Shown: positions 1 to 7,882 of the stretch, piece by piece
Numbering within the stretch: position 1 is the stretch's first letter
Layout: every line of letters begins with the position of its first letter
Assembly: GCA_041736175.1 (NCBI GenBank)
Contig: JBGSUI010000125.1
Span: forward strand, 1 to 17,524
Direction of reading: 5' to 3'
From: Oligoflexales bacterium
GTDB lineage: Bacteria; Bdellovibrionota_B; Oligoflexia; Oligoflexales; CAIYRB01
DNA length: 17,524 nt
Notes under the pieces: model-generated
The model's database searches: none
What the model saw: the letters and a program-made list of their open reading frames with translations, nothing else
Told to the model about the DNA's origin: nothing
Program-made: the position numbers and the translations under genes

Positions 1-123
1 GTATTTGGAAGCCTTTCGAAGGCGTAATTCAGAAACAAACTCGAGAAAAAAGCCAGCGGAGGATCGAAGGACGCAAAATATCGATAAAGCTTCGTAAGTT
101 ACGTCAAAAATGCGGTTATTTTT

Positions 124-567
124 GTGGAAACTTCTGATAAAGATGCAAGAGACCACTTCAAACTAAATCCGTTTGGTCAGAATATACAGGGGATAAAAAA
201 GGAGTTTCGAATCCCACGTCGAGACTTGATTGTAACGATCGAGCAGATTTTGGTCGATTTAGTGGGTAAAAAGGGTCTAAACGCGGATCAAGTGGTGATC
301 TTGTCTGACGGTAGCCATGATAGCTTAAAGAACAAAGGCGGCACCCTGTTTTTTGGTCAGAAAATCGGCTCCTTTTTACTGGCGGACAGCAGGGGGGACA
401 AAAAAATATACCTTGATACCATTAGGCGGTTTAAAGGCCTTGAGGCAGAGGTTGTGATTACTGTTTACCAAAAATATGTCTTTAAGGAGGTAAAATCAGA
501 ACGGCTCGCCTATCTCGCATCGACTCGAGCTAAAGGTGGGTATTTTGGGATTTTTGTAGATTCTTAG
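124..567 (+). pseudogene. C-terminal (UvrD_C-like, motif V/VI) fragment of an SF1A helicase, resembling NERD-helicase C-termini; probably 5'-truncated
   Basis: Contains 'DTIRRFKGLEAEVVI' (motif V-like) and 'LAYLASTRAK' (motif VI-like), plus 'QVVILS'. No Walker A/B. In-frame TAA stops upstream at 25-27 and 85-87; GTG start has no clear RBS. Confidence 0.6.
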
Positions 568-663
568 ATTCAAGATGTGGATTTGCATTCACCTTCCCTC
601 ACATGGTTTGGGAATTTTGAAGTAAATAAATGTCATTACAGATGTAACTGCGGCAACACAATC

Positions 664-686
664 CCTATGACCCTCCCTGTCATAGG
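664..686. promoter_or_regulatory. Perfect inverted repeat CCTATGAC-N7-GTCATAGG, candidate operator upstream of the J-domain gene
   Basis: 8-bp arms at 664-671 and 679-686 with a 7-nt spacer and no U-tract. Lies about 50 nt before the ATG at 736 and is followed by an extended -10-like TGaTAAGCT (693-701). Confidence 0.55.
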
Positions 687-735
687 TCGTGCTGATAAGC
701 TAATGTCGGTCAAAACCCATTACAAGGATGGTACT

Positions 736-1107
736 ATGGACCACTATAGACTTTTAGGTATTCCTATCGATGCTCATCCCATAGAAATCAAAATGGCGTA
801 TGAAGCTCTTAATGACCCTTTGGCAAGTGACAGGATGTTAAATTTAGAACTGCATGCTGCCTACCAAACTCTGATGGACCCCTATGAGCGAGCGGCTTAT
901 GACGCGCAATTCATTGGAGAATCGACCACGGTTCCCTTTTCTGACAATGAGCAAATGGGCAAAGACCAACCAAACCCGCCTAAGTCCAGAGATATTTCCA
1001 GTATCCCCCCAAGTCAGGCGGATCAAACAGTGAAAGCAATTCTACAGTTTATTGGTGCTTTTATTGCCACCTGGTTGGTCTTAGCTGGAATGTTGTTGTT
1101 GCGGTAA
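736..1107 (+). CDS. DnaJ/J-domain-like protein lacking HPD, with a C-terminal transmembrane anchor
   Basis: 'MDHYRLLGI...EIKMAY...AAYQTLMDPYERAAYDA' matches J-domain helices I, II, III and IV. A Pro/Ser-rich linker leads to a hydrophobic tail (ILQFIGAFIATWLVLAGMLLL). ATG 736 has AAGGA upstream, so I prefer it to the track start at 577. Confidence 0.8.
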   Translation: MDHYRLLGIPIDAHPIEIKMAYEALNDPLASDRMLNLELHAAYQTLMDPYERAAYDAQFIGESTTVPFSDNEQMGKDQPNPPKSRDISSIPPSQADQTVKAILQFIGAFIATWLVLAGMLLLR

Positions 1108-1380
1108 CACCAAGTGACTTTTTCGGTGAATACTTCGTTTGTTTTGCTGATGCCAGACGACCTTTGTCGGACGACTTTTAATTTTGACCATTTTTGGCAC
1201 CTAGCGACAATTAAAGGTGGTATTGGTAGTTCATTCTGAAATAAAGTAGTCGAAAATAAGTTTTAATGTCGAGATTCTGACGTTACATTGCTTACTGACA
1301 ATGTATTTTAAACCGTAATTTTTCTCAGCACGGAGCCTCCCAGGCCAATAGAGCCCATTTTTTGATGAACGACCATCAAT

Positions 1381-2250
1381 TTAACACCAATTTTTGAGAA
1401 ATTCTCTTGCTTTGATCGCGAGAGCCTCGGTTTGATTTTTTAATTCTGACGGCACACATTCCGCGAATTCTTCGAAAATATCAGCGCAGGCGATGTATTC
1501 CATCTGATATGCATTGGTGATCCATTGGTAGGTCCCGCAATTCTCGACTGGAGCTGGACGGTTATCAGGTGAAAGCTCAAACGCAATTTTAAAAAAAATT
1601 GGGCCTACAAATTTTGCTCCTGAATCATCCGAAGACTCCGCCCAGTAAATATTATCTCGTGTTTCGTGAACAGGCATGAAATGCATTAGAGTTACTTCTA
1701 GAAGGACGTTTTCCTCTTCAAGGTATTTGCCAGGGTTTTCTTTTATCTTGGCGTGGCGCCAAAAATCCACGTCGGCGAAACTAAACTGCCCTTTAAGTTC
1801 TCTGTAGAGATCAGTGACACCAGGCCACCTTTCATAATACTTCAACATTTCTTCGACTATGCCCTTCAATCGAGTTGAGGATGCTATTAAATCACACAGC
1901 AAACCAGCTTTAACCCAGAATCCCAATTGACTTGTGTAGTCTTCCATACCGGAACTTGATTCCTTGGACCGGCTGGGATCATCCCACTCGAATATATCGA
2001 CGGATCGCAATGTTATCGGCCGAACGAAATTCCAGAAGATGCTTATATAGGAATTAGACTCACCGAAGGAGGCTCTAGCGGTGGAAAGTTCAAGGGTTGG
2101 ATCTCCATCATAGTCACATGGGTATATCCGATCAATGGGGAATTTTTCAAAAATTTCGGGGTGCTGAGCACGAACCTGTGTGTATTCTGCCGCCAGAACT
2201 TCACTAATGGTATCTAGGAAATCATAAATTTTTGATCTCAATTGCTTCAT
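1381..2250 (-). CDS. Hypothetical protein (289 aa, acidic/aromatic, no signal peptide or TM seen)
   Basis: Long ORF with globular composition and an upstream TATAAT; no family motif recognised. Confidence 0.8.
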   Translation of the reverse strand: MKQLRSKIYDFLDTISEVLAAEYTQVRAQHPEIFEKFPIDRIYPCDYDGDPTLELSTARASFGESNSYISIFWNFVRPITLRSVDIFEWDDPSRSKESSSGMEDYTSQLGFWVKAGLLCDLIASSTRLKGIVEEMLKYYERWPGVTDLYRELKGQFSFADVDFWRHAKIKENPGKYLEEENVLLEVTLMHFMPVHETRDNIYWAESSDDSGAKFVGPIFFKIAFELSPDNRPAPVENCGTYQWITNAYQMEYIACADIFEEFAECVPSELKNQTEALAIKAREFLKNWC

Positions 2251-2290
2251 TCCTCAATTGTGTTCTGTTCAGAGGATTAACCAAAATTCT

Positions 2291-2320
2291 ATTATACAAG
2301 ATGGGTTAGGTCTTTTGGAA
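2291..2320 (-). promoter_or_regulatory. Putative sigma70-type promoter for 1381..2250
   Basis: Minus strand reads TTCCAA-N18-TATAAT (perfect -10, weak -35), about 40 nt before the start. Confidence 0.4.
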
Positions 2321-2422
2321 TGATCTTTGATTTTCTCCAAGCCCGCCCTAGCGAATGAGGTGCCAGCACGATTGGAGCGTAAATTCAGTTCCCCAATCTT
2401 CACCGATCGATATCGTCGAAGT

Positions 2423-2968
2423 TCAGTTTGAAAATGTAAAATCAGCAGCGTTTGCGATAATCCCCTCGAAATATATTCGAGCCTCTGCTGCGGTTTTAAA
2501 AGATGTCGACATCTCCAAAGAATCTCCGGTGGACCCCTCAGCCAATTGTTCGACAACTACCCGGGCCCCATGCTCGTCACCTAAAAGGACTACTCGTATA
2601 GTATGTCCAGCCTTAGTCACGAATTGATTCATTTCAAGGAGTGTTAAAGACACCCTAAAATCTGGCTCAGGCTGGCGATCAAGTGATTCTAAAGGGGAGA
2701 CACGAACGCCTAACCGCGAAGCGACGAGATTAACTCTGGAACGAATTTTCTGACTTGCGAATTGCCTAAAGGGTCCGTCCTCTACAGGTCTATAGTCCTC
2801 TAGGGCATCCATGAGAGCGCTTACGGCTTCGCTGAGCAAAGAGTCAATACATTCGTCTGGAATAGAGTAGTCGTTAAGAACATCTGTGGTCAAGGATCTA
2901 ACCATCGGCGCATAATCTTCGATGAGTTGATCTCGTAGTGTTTTGAATCTTCCGGGACCAGATGTCAT
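2423..2968 (-). CDS. Sigma-70 region-2 (FliA/WhiG-like) domain fused to a degenerate WGR-like domain; no region 4
   Basis: 'RDQLIEDYAPMVR...IDSLLSEAVSALMDALEDYRP..DGPFRQFASQKIR' parallels FliA regions 2.1-2.3 (LIE.YAPLV...DDL.S.G..GLMDA.E.YDP....F..YA..RIRG). The C-terminus 'IRVVLLGDEHG..VV....GSTG.....F.TAAEA..YFE' follows the WGR spacing. ATG 2968 has a GGGGG RBS. Confidence 0.7.
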   Translation of the reverse strand: MTSGPGRFKTLRDQLIEDYAPMVRSLTTDVLNDYSIPDECIDSLLSEAVSALMDALEDYRPVEDGPFRQFASQKIRSRVNLVASRLGVRVSPLESLDRQPEPDFRVSLTLLEMNQFVTKAGHTIRVVLLGDEHGARVVVEQLAEGSTGDSLEMSTSFKTAAEARIYFEGIIANAADFTFSN

Positions 2969-3157
2969 TGCCACCCCCTAATGATTTTTTTTCATCAAAA
3001 CTCAAAGTCAAGACTCTATTAGATCCATCTGCTCACGTGATGCTGCCAAAAAAATTAATTAGAACGATACTAAATTTGTCCCATTTTTTCTACTACAAAT
3101 ACAAATAGTGTTTTGTAACCATTCGATGAATGAAGTCAGTACCGCTTGTCAAATGCC

Positions 3158-3346
3158 TCAACCTCCGACTACAGAGCGTCGCGCGGCAATTCGCCTTGTT
3201 ACTCTTTGAGACGTTTTCATGCATAAGAGCGGAACGAAGCGGAAAGTTTGGCGAGCCACTGGAAACAATCGCGAACACAGTCGAGTCCGCCTTGGCAATA
3301 GTCTGCCGATGTGGCGAATGGTTCTGTGGCTAATACTTATGTACAT
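3158..3346 (-). CDS. Putative small, very basic Arg-rich protein (62 aa)
   Basis: ATG preceded by GAGAGG and located about 45 nt downstream of a consensus sigma28 -10 box. 14 Arg, 1 Lys, no Asp/Glu. Short, with overlapping alternative ORFs, so uncertain. Confidence 0.45.
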   Translation of the reverse strand: MYISISHRTIRHIGRLLPRRTRLCSRLFPVARQTFRFVPLLCMKTSQRVTRRIAARRSVVGG

Positions 3347-3392
3347 AGAGACCTCTCGAAGTCGTTAGTCCCAATGGCGGGAGCAATGAAAG

Positions 3393-3418
3393 TTATCGGC
3401 TTCGGGAATGTCATTTGA
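3393..3418 (-). promoter_or_regulatory. Sigma28 (FliA)-type promoter
   Basis: Minus strand reads TCAA-N14-GCCGATAA; the -10 box is identical to the FliA consensus GCCGATAA; intergenic position. Confidence 0.65.
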
Positions 3419-3673
3419 GGACATAGTGAGATGATAGCGCAATTAACGCCATTTATTTCGAATCAATAGCAGTTTGATAGCTATTCCTTTGTCCATGGCA
3501 TCACTTATAATGATTTGCCCGCCGCTCCCTTGACAGGTCAAAAGTCTCAACCATTAAAACCAGAGAGTGAACCGGCCAAAGGCTTAAATAAACCCAGAAG
3601 TAAAGTCTCTGAACCTCACATGGTTGAAAAGGACAGTACCCGCTTGACCATAACATTAGCATAGGACGTTTGA

Positions 3674-4393
3674 TTAGGATTTTTTCCTGGCTAAAAAATA
3701 TTGACTCCCACATTGGGGAAAAAATTCACTTAGATTTTGAAATTCAATAAATCCCGATTTTTTTGCGCTTTGGATTACTTTCTCAGTCTGCCAGTATTTT
3801 ATCGAGAATTGGTCGTCAAAATGCTGCATCTGACCTTTAATCCTCAGATCGATGGACTCTTGATATTCAAAGAGATCAGGTCCAGATGATCTTATCGTCA
3901 CTGTTCTGTTAAAATCATTGCTCAAGATTTCATAGGAATTAAAAAGCCCATGGTTGGGCACATCAAATAGCAAACATCCCCCTGGCTGAAGGACATTGGC
4001 GACGGATTTCATCGAACGGTCAAGGGAGTCCTGGTCGAGCAAGTAGATCAATACCGTAAAAACACACATAGCGAAATCGAACGGTCCTAAACAACTAAGA
4101 TCTTGCATGATTTTATGATATATAGCAAGGCTACAGGACTGCTTTTTGGCATTCAACCGAAGCACTTCCGTCATCGCCAGACTAGCATCAACGGCACATA
4201 CCTGGTAACCGTTTTGGGCCAAGGGAATCGCTAAGCGGCCTGTACCTGCTCCGATATCCAATAGTTTCGATGGGATTGTCTCATGTTGCGACACTATCTC
4301 TAATGTTGCCTTGGTGAGACGGTCCAGTAAATCCCCGAATGTGCGACTATAAACTTCGTCATACACGGTCGCCCAGCTGTCATGGGGGATCAT
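3674..4393 (-). CDS. Class I SAM-dependent methyltransferase
   Basis: Motif I 'LLDIGAGTGR', 'AVDASLAM', 'FDFAMC', 'LQPGGCLLFD'. The start overlaps the protease stop (ATGA). Confidence 0.92.
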   Translation of the reverse strand: MIPHDSWATVYDEVYSRTFGDLLDRLTKATLEIVSQHETIPSKLLDIGAGTGRLAIPLAQNGYQVCAVDASLAMTEVLRLNAKKQSCSLAIYHKIMQDLSCLGPFDFAMCVFTVLIYLLDQDSLDRSMKSVANVLQPGGCLLFDVPNHGLFNSYEILSNDFNRTVTIRSSGPDLFEYQESIDLRIKGQMQHFDDQFSIKYWQTEKVIQSAKKSGFIEFQNLSEFFPQCGSQYFLARKKS

Positions 4394-5061
4394 TGGATCA
4401 CCATGGTATTCTGCCGAGGGCTATAACAAAGCACGCCGCTATTAAAGACCTCGTTGCCGACAATTCCATTCGCCCCTACAATTGCTACCAACATACTCAA
4501 TGTTTCAGGCAATGTTCCGTACTTTAGAGTTTTACTTTGAATGTCACCAAGCCTCGTATCAAATCGACGGATAGGTGTTGAAAAGCTTCCAATTCCAGGA
4601 TAAAAATCTGTCATATACTCTTCGATCACGGCATCTTTTTGCGGCAAATTACTTAGATAGGATATTTTTGCACCAGTATCAAAAATCATTTTCATCTCTG
4701 TGTTACCGACCTTGACTGATAGCAGCGGTACCCCCAACTTGAAATTAATATTGATCATGTTTCCATGCATTTGAATGAATTGTGAGGATAGTAGCAGCTC
4801 ACGGTTTTTGATATCAATGAGAGCGTCAACTCTATTAAATATATCGCCACCTAAAAGACCATCGACTTTAAAATCAATATATTCTGAAAGTTTAGGCGCA
4901 GTTAATCCAAGATAATTATTTTGTATTTGGATTTGTTCATTGTTTATCTGAATCTTGCCCGGGTCTCCGAAGCTCGTCGGCGCACCGGTATCTAAAAGAT
5001 AAACAAGACCATTTATTTTGCTGAGAAGATGACCCTTGTCTTCTATCAATTCATATTTCAT
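4390..5061 (-). CDS. Retropepsin-like aspartyl protease with two tandem lobes
   Basis: Two catalytic motifs, 'LLDTGA' and 'IFDTGA', each followed by a psi-loop-like motif ('DGLLGGD' and 'NGIVGNE'). AAGGA RBS. Confidence 0.88.
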   Translation of the reverse strand: MKYELIEDKGHLLSKINGLVYLLDTGAPTSFGDPGKIQINNEQIQIQNNYLGLTAPKLSEYIDFKVDGLLGGDIFNRVDALIDIKNRELLLSSQFIQMHGNMININFKLGVPLLSVKVGNTEMKMIFDTGAKISYLSNLPQKDAVIEEYMTDFYPGIGSFSTPIRRFDTRLGDIQSKTLKYGTLPETLSMLVAIVGANGIVGNEVFNSGVLCYSPRQNTMVIQ

Positions 5062-5173
5062 CTGATTTTTTCCTTTTTTTAAGGGTAAGTGGATGAACTA
5101 CGTCAGCCGTTAGCACGAATCTGCCGAATACGACGCAAACTTCCGGAACAGATCCTCGATGGGATTTGCTAGA

Positions 5174-6103
5174 TTACGTTTTAATTTTGGGGAGCAAGGG
5201 ATGTTCACTTAGATCCCTCAGCAAAGCCGCGGGTATTCCTTCCATTCCCCAATGCGCCCCCGCTAGTTGTCCAGCAATCGCGCCAACGGTATCAGCATCG
5301 CCTCCTAGATTGACTGCGGACAGAACGACCTCCTCAAATGTTTTTCCATAATAGAATGTCCAAAGCGCTGACTCAAGGCTATGAATGACATAGCCTGTTG
5401 ACGAAAGGTCAGAGTATTTTTTTAACTTAAATTGCCCATCAGCTAGCGCCGCGACTTCATCCGTCAAACAACCATTTTTATTCAAAAATTCTAAACACCA
5501 CCAGTCGGTCCGAAAAATAGTCTCTGGAGACTCCTGATTCATCAGAGCAGCCAGTACAAACCCTAGATAGACGGTGGCTGCAAGACAAACAGGATGGCGA
5601 TGGGTCGTCTGCGAGGACTCAGAAAGCATGGAGACCAGACGATGAGGGTCATCGTTTAGGAGATTATAATACGTCATCGGCACCGGTGCGAGACGCATCA
5701 GGCAACCATTGCCTTGCGAATGATGATCGATTAACCCGCACTGCTTTGTAGGAATGCCGCTCCGGAAATTACTTAATGCATCGTGCACCGTGTTCCCGAT
5801 ATCAAAACAGCGACCATTCACCGAATATTCACCATGCAGCCACCAGTTTTGATAGCGTCTCATTTGGTCTTCGAGGTCCCAACCGACGGTTTTAATGCTA
5901 TCAAGCAAAGCGAGAGCCATGGACGTATCGTCTGTCCACTCTCCTGGGTTCAATCCATGAGGACCTCCCGCTCGATAGGAAGTCACCGGTGTAAAGCTGC
6001 CTCGAGCCATGAACTCCACGGCAGCTCCTAGTGCGTCACCAATCGCTAATCCGTAAAGAGCTCCAAGTGAGCAGCTATTAGGTCTAAGAAGGCTTGTCGT
6101 CAT
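5174..6103 (-). CDS. ADP-ribosylglycohydrolase (DraG/ARH family)
   Basis: 'GALYGLAIGDALG', 'WTDDT', 'GNGCLMRLAP', 'TTH' and 'GGDADT' motifs are intact. AAGGAG RBS. Confidence 0.95.
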   Translation of the reverse strand: MTTSLLRPNSCSLGALYGLAIGDALGAAVEFMARGSFTPVTSYRAGGPHGLNPGEWTDDTSMALALLDSIKTVGWDLEDQMRRYQNWWLHGEYSVNGRCFDIGNTVHDALSNFRSGIPTKQCGLIDHHSQGNGCLMRLAPVPMTYYNLLNDDPHRLVSMLSESSQTTHRHPVCLAATVYLGFVLAALMNQESPETIFRTDWWCLEFLNKNGCLTDEVAALADGQFKLKKYSDLSSTGYVIHSLESALWTFYYGKTFEEVVLSAVNLGGDADTVGAIAGQLAGAHWGMEGIPAALLRDLSEHPLLPKIKT

Positions 6104-6142
6104 AGGGAGTACTCCTTGTTAATGAGAATATTTTCAACAAAG

Positions 6143-7756
6143 CTAACTAGATTTTTTACTATTGAGTCTGTGACTTTCGATAGAAATAATATCAGCTACC
6201 TTTTTGTTAACATATTTTTTCTCTTCAAGTTGATCTATGAAAGACCTGTTGCTAGATTCATCATAGTTCACTCTTAAGGAAATGGATTTATTAAAATAGT
6301 AGTCTGCAACATCTCTTCGTTCCTGGACACCATCACCGTTTTGAAGCTGCACCGCTAAGTTATGGCTGGCTGTCGCATTGCCCTTGGTCGCACTATGCTC
6401 GTTGAGTTGGGCTGCAAATTTTGGATTTCGAATGACGCATTTACCCTCCATATAGAGATTAGCTAATAAAGCAGCAGCGCCGGAATCACCCAGAGCGACA
6501 CATTTTTTAAGATATCCGACAGCAGACCCCGCATCCTTCTTAGTGGATACTCCAGAGATGAGTTCCGAGGCTAACAACAGCATAGCTTCGCAATATTGTT
6601 CTTCGACACCTGCTTGGAGCCAAAAAAGGCCTTTTTTGGCGTTCACTGGCATATCATCCAATTGAGGAATATTACCAAGATAAATGCCCCCGAGAAATGG
6701 GGCATAACTAACATCATACTCGCTCACGGTGCGCTCAAGCCATTTTAAAGCGTTAGGATACTGATAAATCAGAGATTGGTTCCTGTAAATAATATTTGTT
6801 AACAGGTGACAGGACCTTGCAACCCCATTGTTATAAGCATCTAGGGCGTTTTCTATCTGATCTTTTAATTCATCACTATCCAGGGACATATTGGTAAAAC
6901 TCTCTGCATAATGAAACATTCCGTATGGATTTCCATTTTTTATAGATTCTTTATACCAATGCCGCGCCCCCAGAAGATCCTGAGATGGGCCTGCGACTAA
7001 ATGATTTCCAAAATCAACTTGAGCTACGGGGTCATCCAGAATTGCGGCACGCATGGTCCATTTAAGTCCCAGATATGGGTCAAAGAAAGATGTTTGGGGA
7101 TTGCAATAGAGCTTGCCTAACCATCGTATGGCTGGCGCCAAATTTGCTGCCGCAGCTAACTCAAAGAACTGTTTTGCTTTGGCGTAGACTTCTTCATTTT
7201 TTTCTCTGAAATGAATCTGCAGCATACCTTTTATATAGTTAGCCATAGGGTTGTTCATCTCGCTGTGGTGGGAAAGAAACATATCTGCTCCACCTATACT
7301 CACCCCAAGCGAGGTGCCACAATACTGATACATGGCGTAATTTATTTCTGCCTCCACAGAACCACCATAATAGGCCAATTTCAGGAAATTGATTCCTTGG
7401 TTTATTTCGTCTGAGGACCTTCCCTTTAGAACTAGGTTTTTTCCAGCATATTCTTGTGCCTCTCGATCTCCATTTTGTGCTGCCTGAATCCACCAATATA
7501 AGGATTCTTCGTTAGTTGATCCCCCTTGATCTTCCAAAAGGCTTGCTAAAAATCGCTGAGAAAGAACACACCCTAGCTGGGATCCCAATTTAAAATGGTG
7601 TTTTGCTTTATCAAGAGATTTGTCAACTCGATGCCCATAAAAAAAACTATTTCCCATGAGCCAATGGGCATAAGCAACATTTTCATCAGCTCCTTCTAAA
7701 ATCCTGTTGAGTCCACATGGAATAGGTTCTTCCTTATAGGATTGGATAAATATCAT
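6143..7756 (-). CDS. Sel1-like repeat (SLR/TPR) protein, no signal peptide
   Basis: Repeated units of about 36 aa such as 'WWIQAAQNGDREAQ', 'AIRWLGKLY', 'LLANLYMEGKCV', 'ASHNLAVQLQNGDGV'. AAGGGGG RBS. Confidence 0.9.
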   Translation of the reverse strand: MIFIQSYKEEPIPCGLNRILEGADENVAYAHWLMGNSFFYGHRVDKSLDKAKHHFKLGSQLGCVLSQRFLASLLEDQGGSTNEESLYWWIQAAQNGDREAQEYAGKNLVLKGRSSDEINQGINFLKLAYYGGSVEAEINYAMYQYCGTSLGVSIGGADMFLSHHSEMNNPMANYIKGMLQIHFREKNEEVYAKAKQFFELAAAANLAPAIRWLGKLYCNPQTSFFDPYLGLKWTMRAAILDDPVAQVDFGNHLVAGPSQDLLGARHWYKESIKNGNPYGMFHYAESFTNMSLDSDELKDQIENALDAYNNGVARSCHLLTNIIYRNQSLIYQYPNALKWLERTVSEYDVSYAPFLGGIYLGNIPQLDDMPVNAKKGLFWLQAGVEEQYCEAMLLLASELISGVSTKKDAGSAVGYLKKCVALGDSGAAALLANLYMEGKCVIRNPKFAAQLNEHSATKGNATASHNLAVQLQNGDGVQERRDVADYYFNKSISLRVNYDESSNRSFIDQLEEKKYVNKKVADIISIESHRLNSKKSS

Positions 7757-7856
7757 AAAATGAGCCCCCTTTTACCTGGTGATTGTTGAGGAGACAACTC
7801 CAAGGTATTTATCGCTGGTCTTGTGTCATGAAAGGTCATCAGAGAATAGAGAGGAT

Positions 7857-7882
7857 TTATCAGATCGAAATCTTTGGCTTTA
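7857..7882 (-). promoter_or_regulatory. Putative sigma28-type promoter for the Sel1-ARH-protease-MTase block
   Basis: Minus strand reads TAAA-N14-TCTGATAA, the same spacing as the 3393-3418 site. Confidence 0.4.

Noticed and set aside
2423..2974. Calling this ORF fliA
   Set aside because: It lacks regions 3 and 4 and key region-2 residues, so it is not a complete sigma factor.
3530..3541. Short palindromes (TTGAC-AG-GTCAA here; also TCACGTGA near 3033 and GTGATCAC at 12725)
   Set aside because: Short enough to be expected by chance, with no shared pattern.
3093..3713. Short ORFs 3093..3278, 3130..3333 and 3501..3713
   Set aside because: No convincing RBS or motif; they overlap better-supported features.
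5110..5170. 'GACGCAAACTTCCGG' resembles the c-di-GMP-I riboswitch core
   Set aside because: No P2 stem with a GNRA loop and no tetraloop receptor, and it is antisense to the flanking genes.
5174..6103. Calling this ORF draG (nitrogenase regulation)
   Set aside because: No draT or nif genes in the window; only the family-level call is supported.
6099..6106. GTCATAGG identical to one arm of the 664-686 palindrome
   Set aside because: It is the ARH start codon context (CCT ATG AC) with no partner arm at 7-nt spacing.
3674..6142. Integron cassette array (the gene content is cassette-like)
   Set aside because: No RYYYAAC...GTTRRRY attC structures in the gaps, the genes overlap, and there is no integrase.
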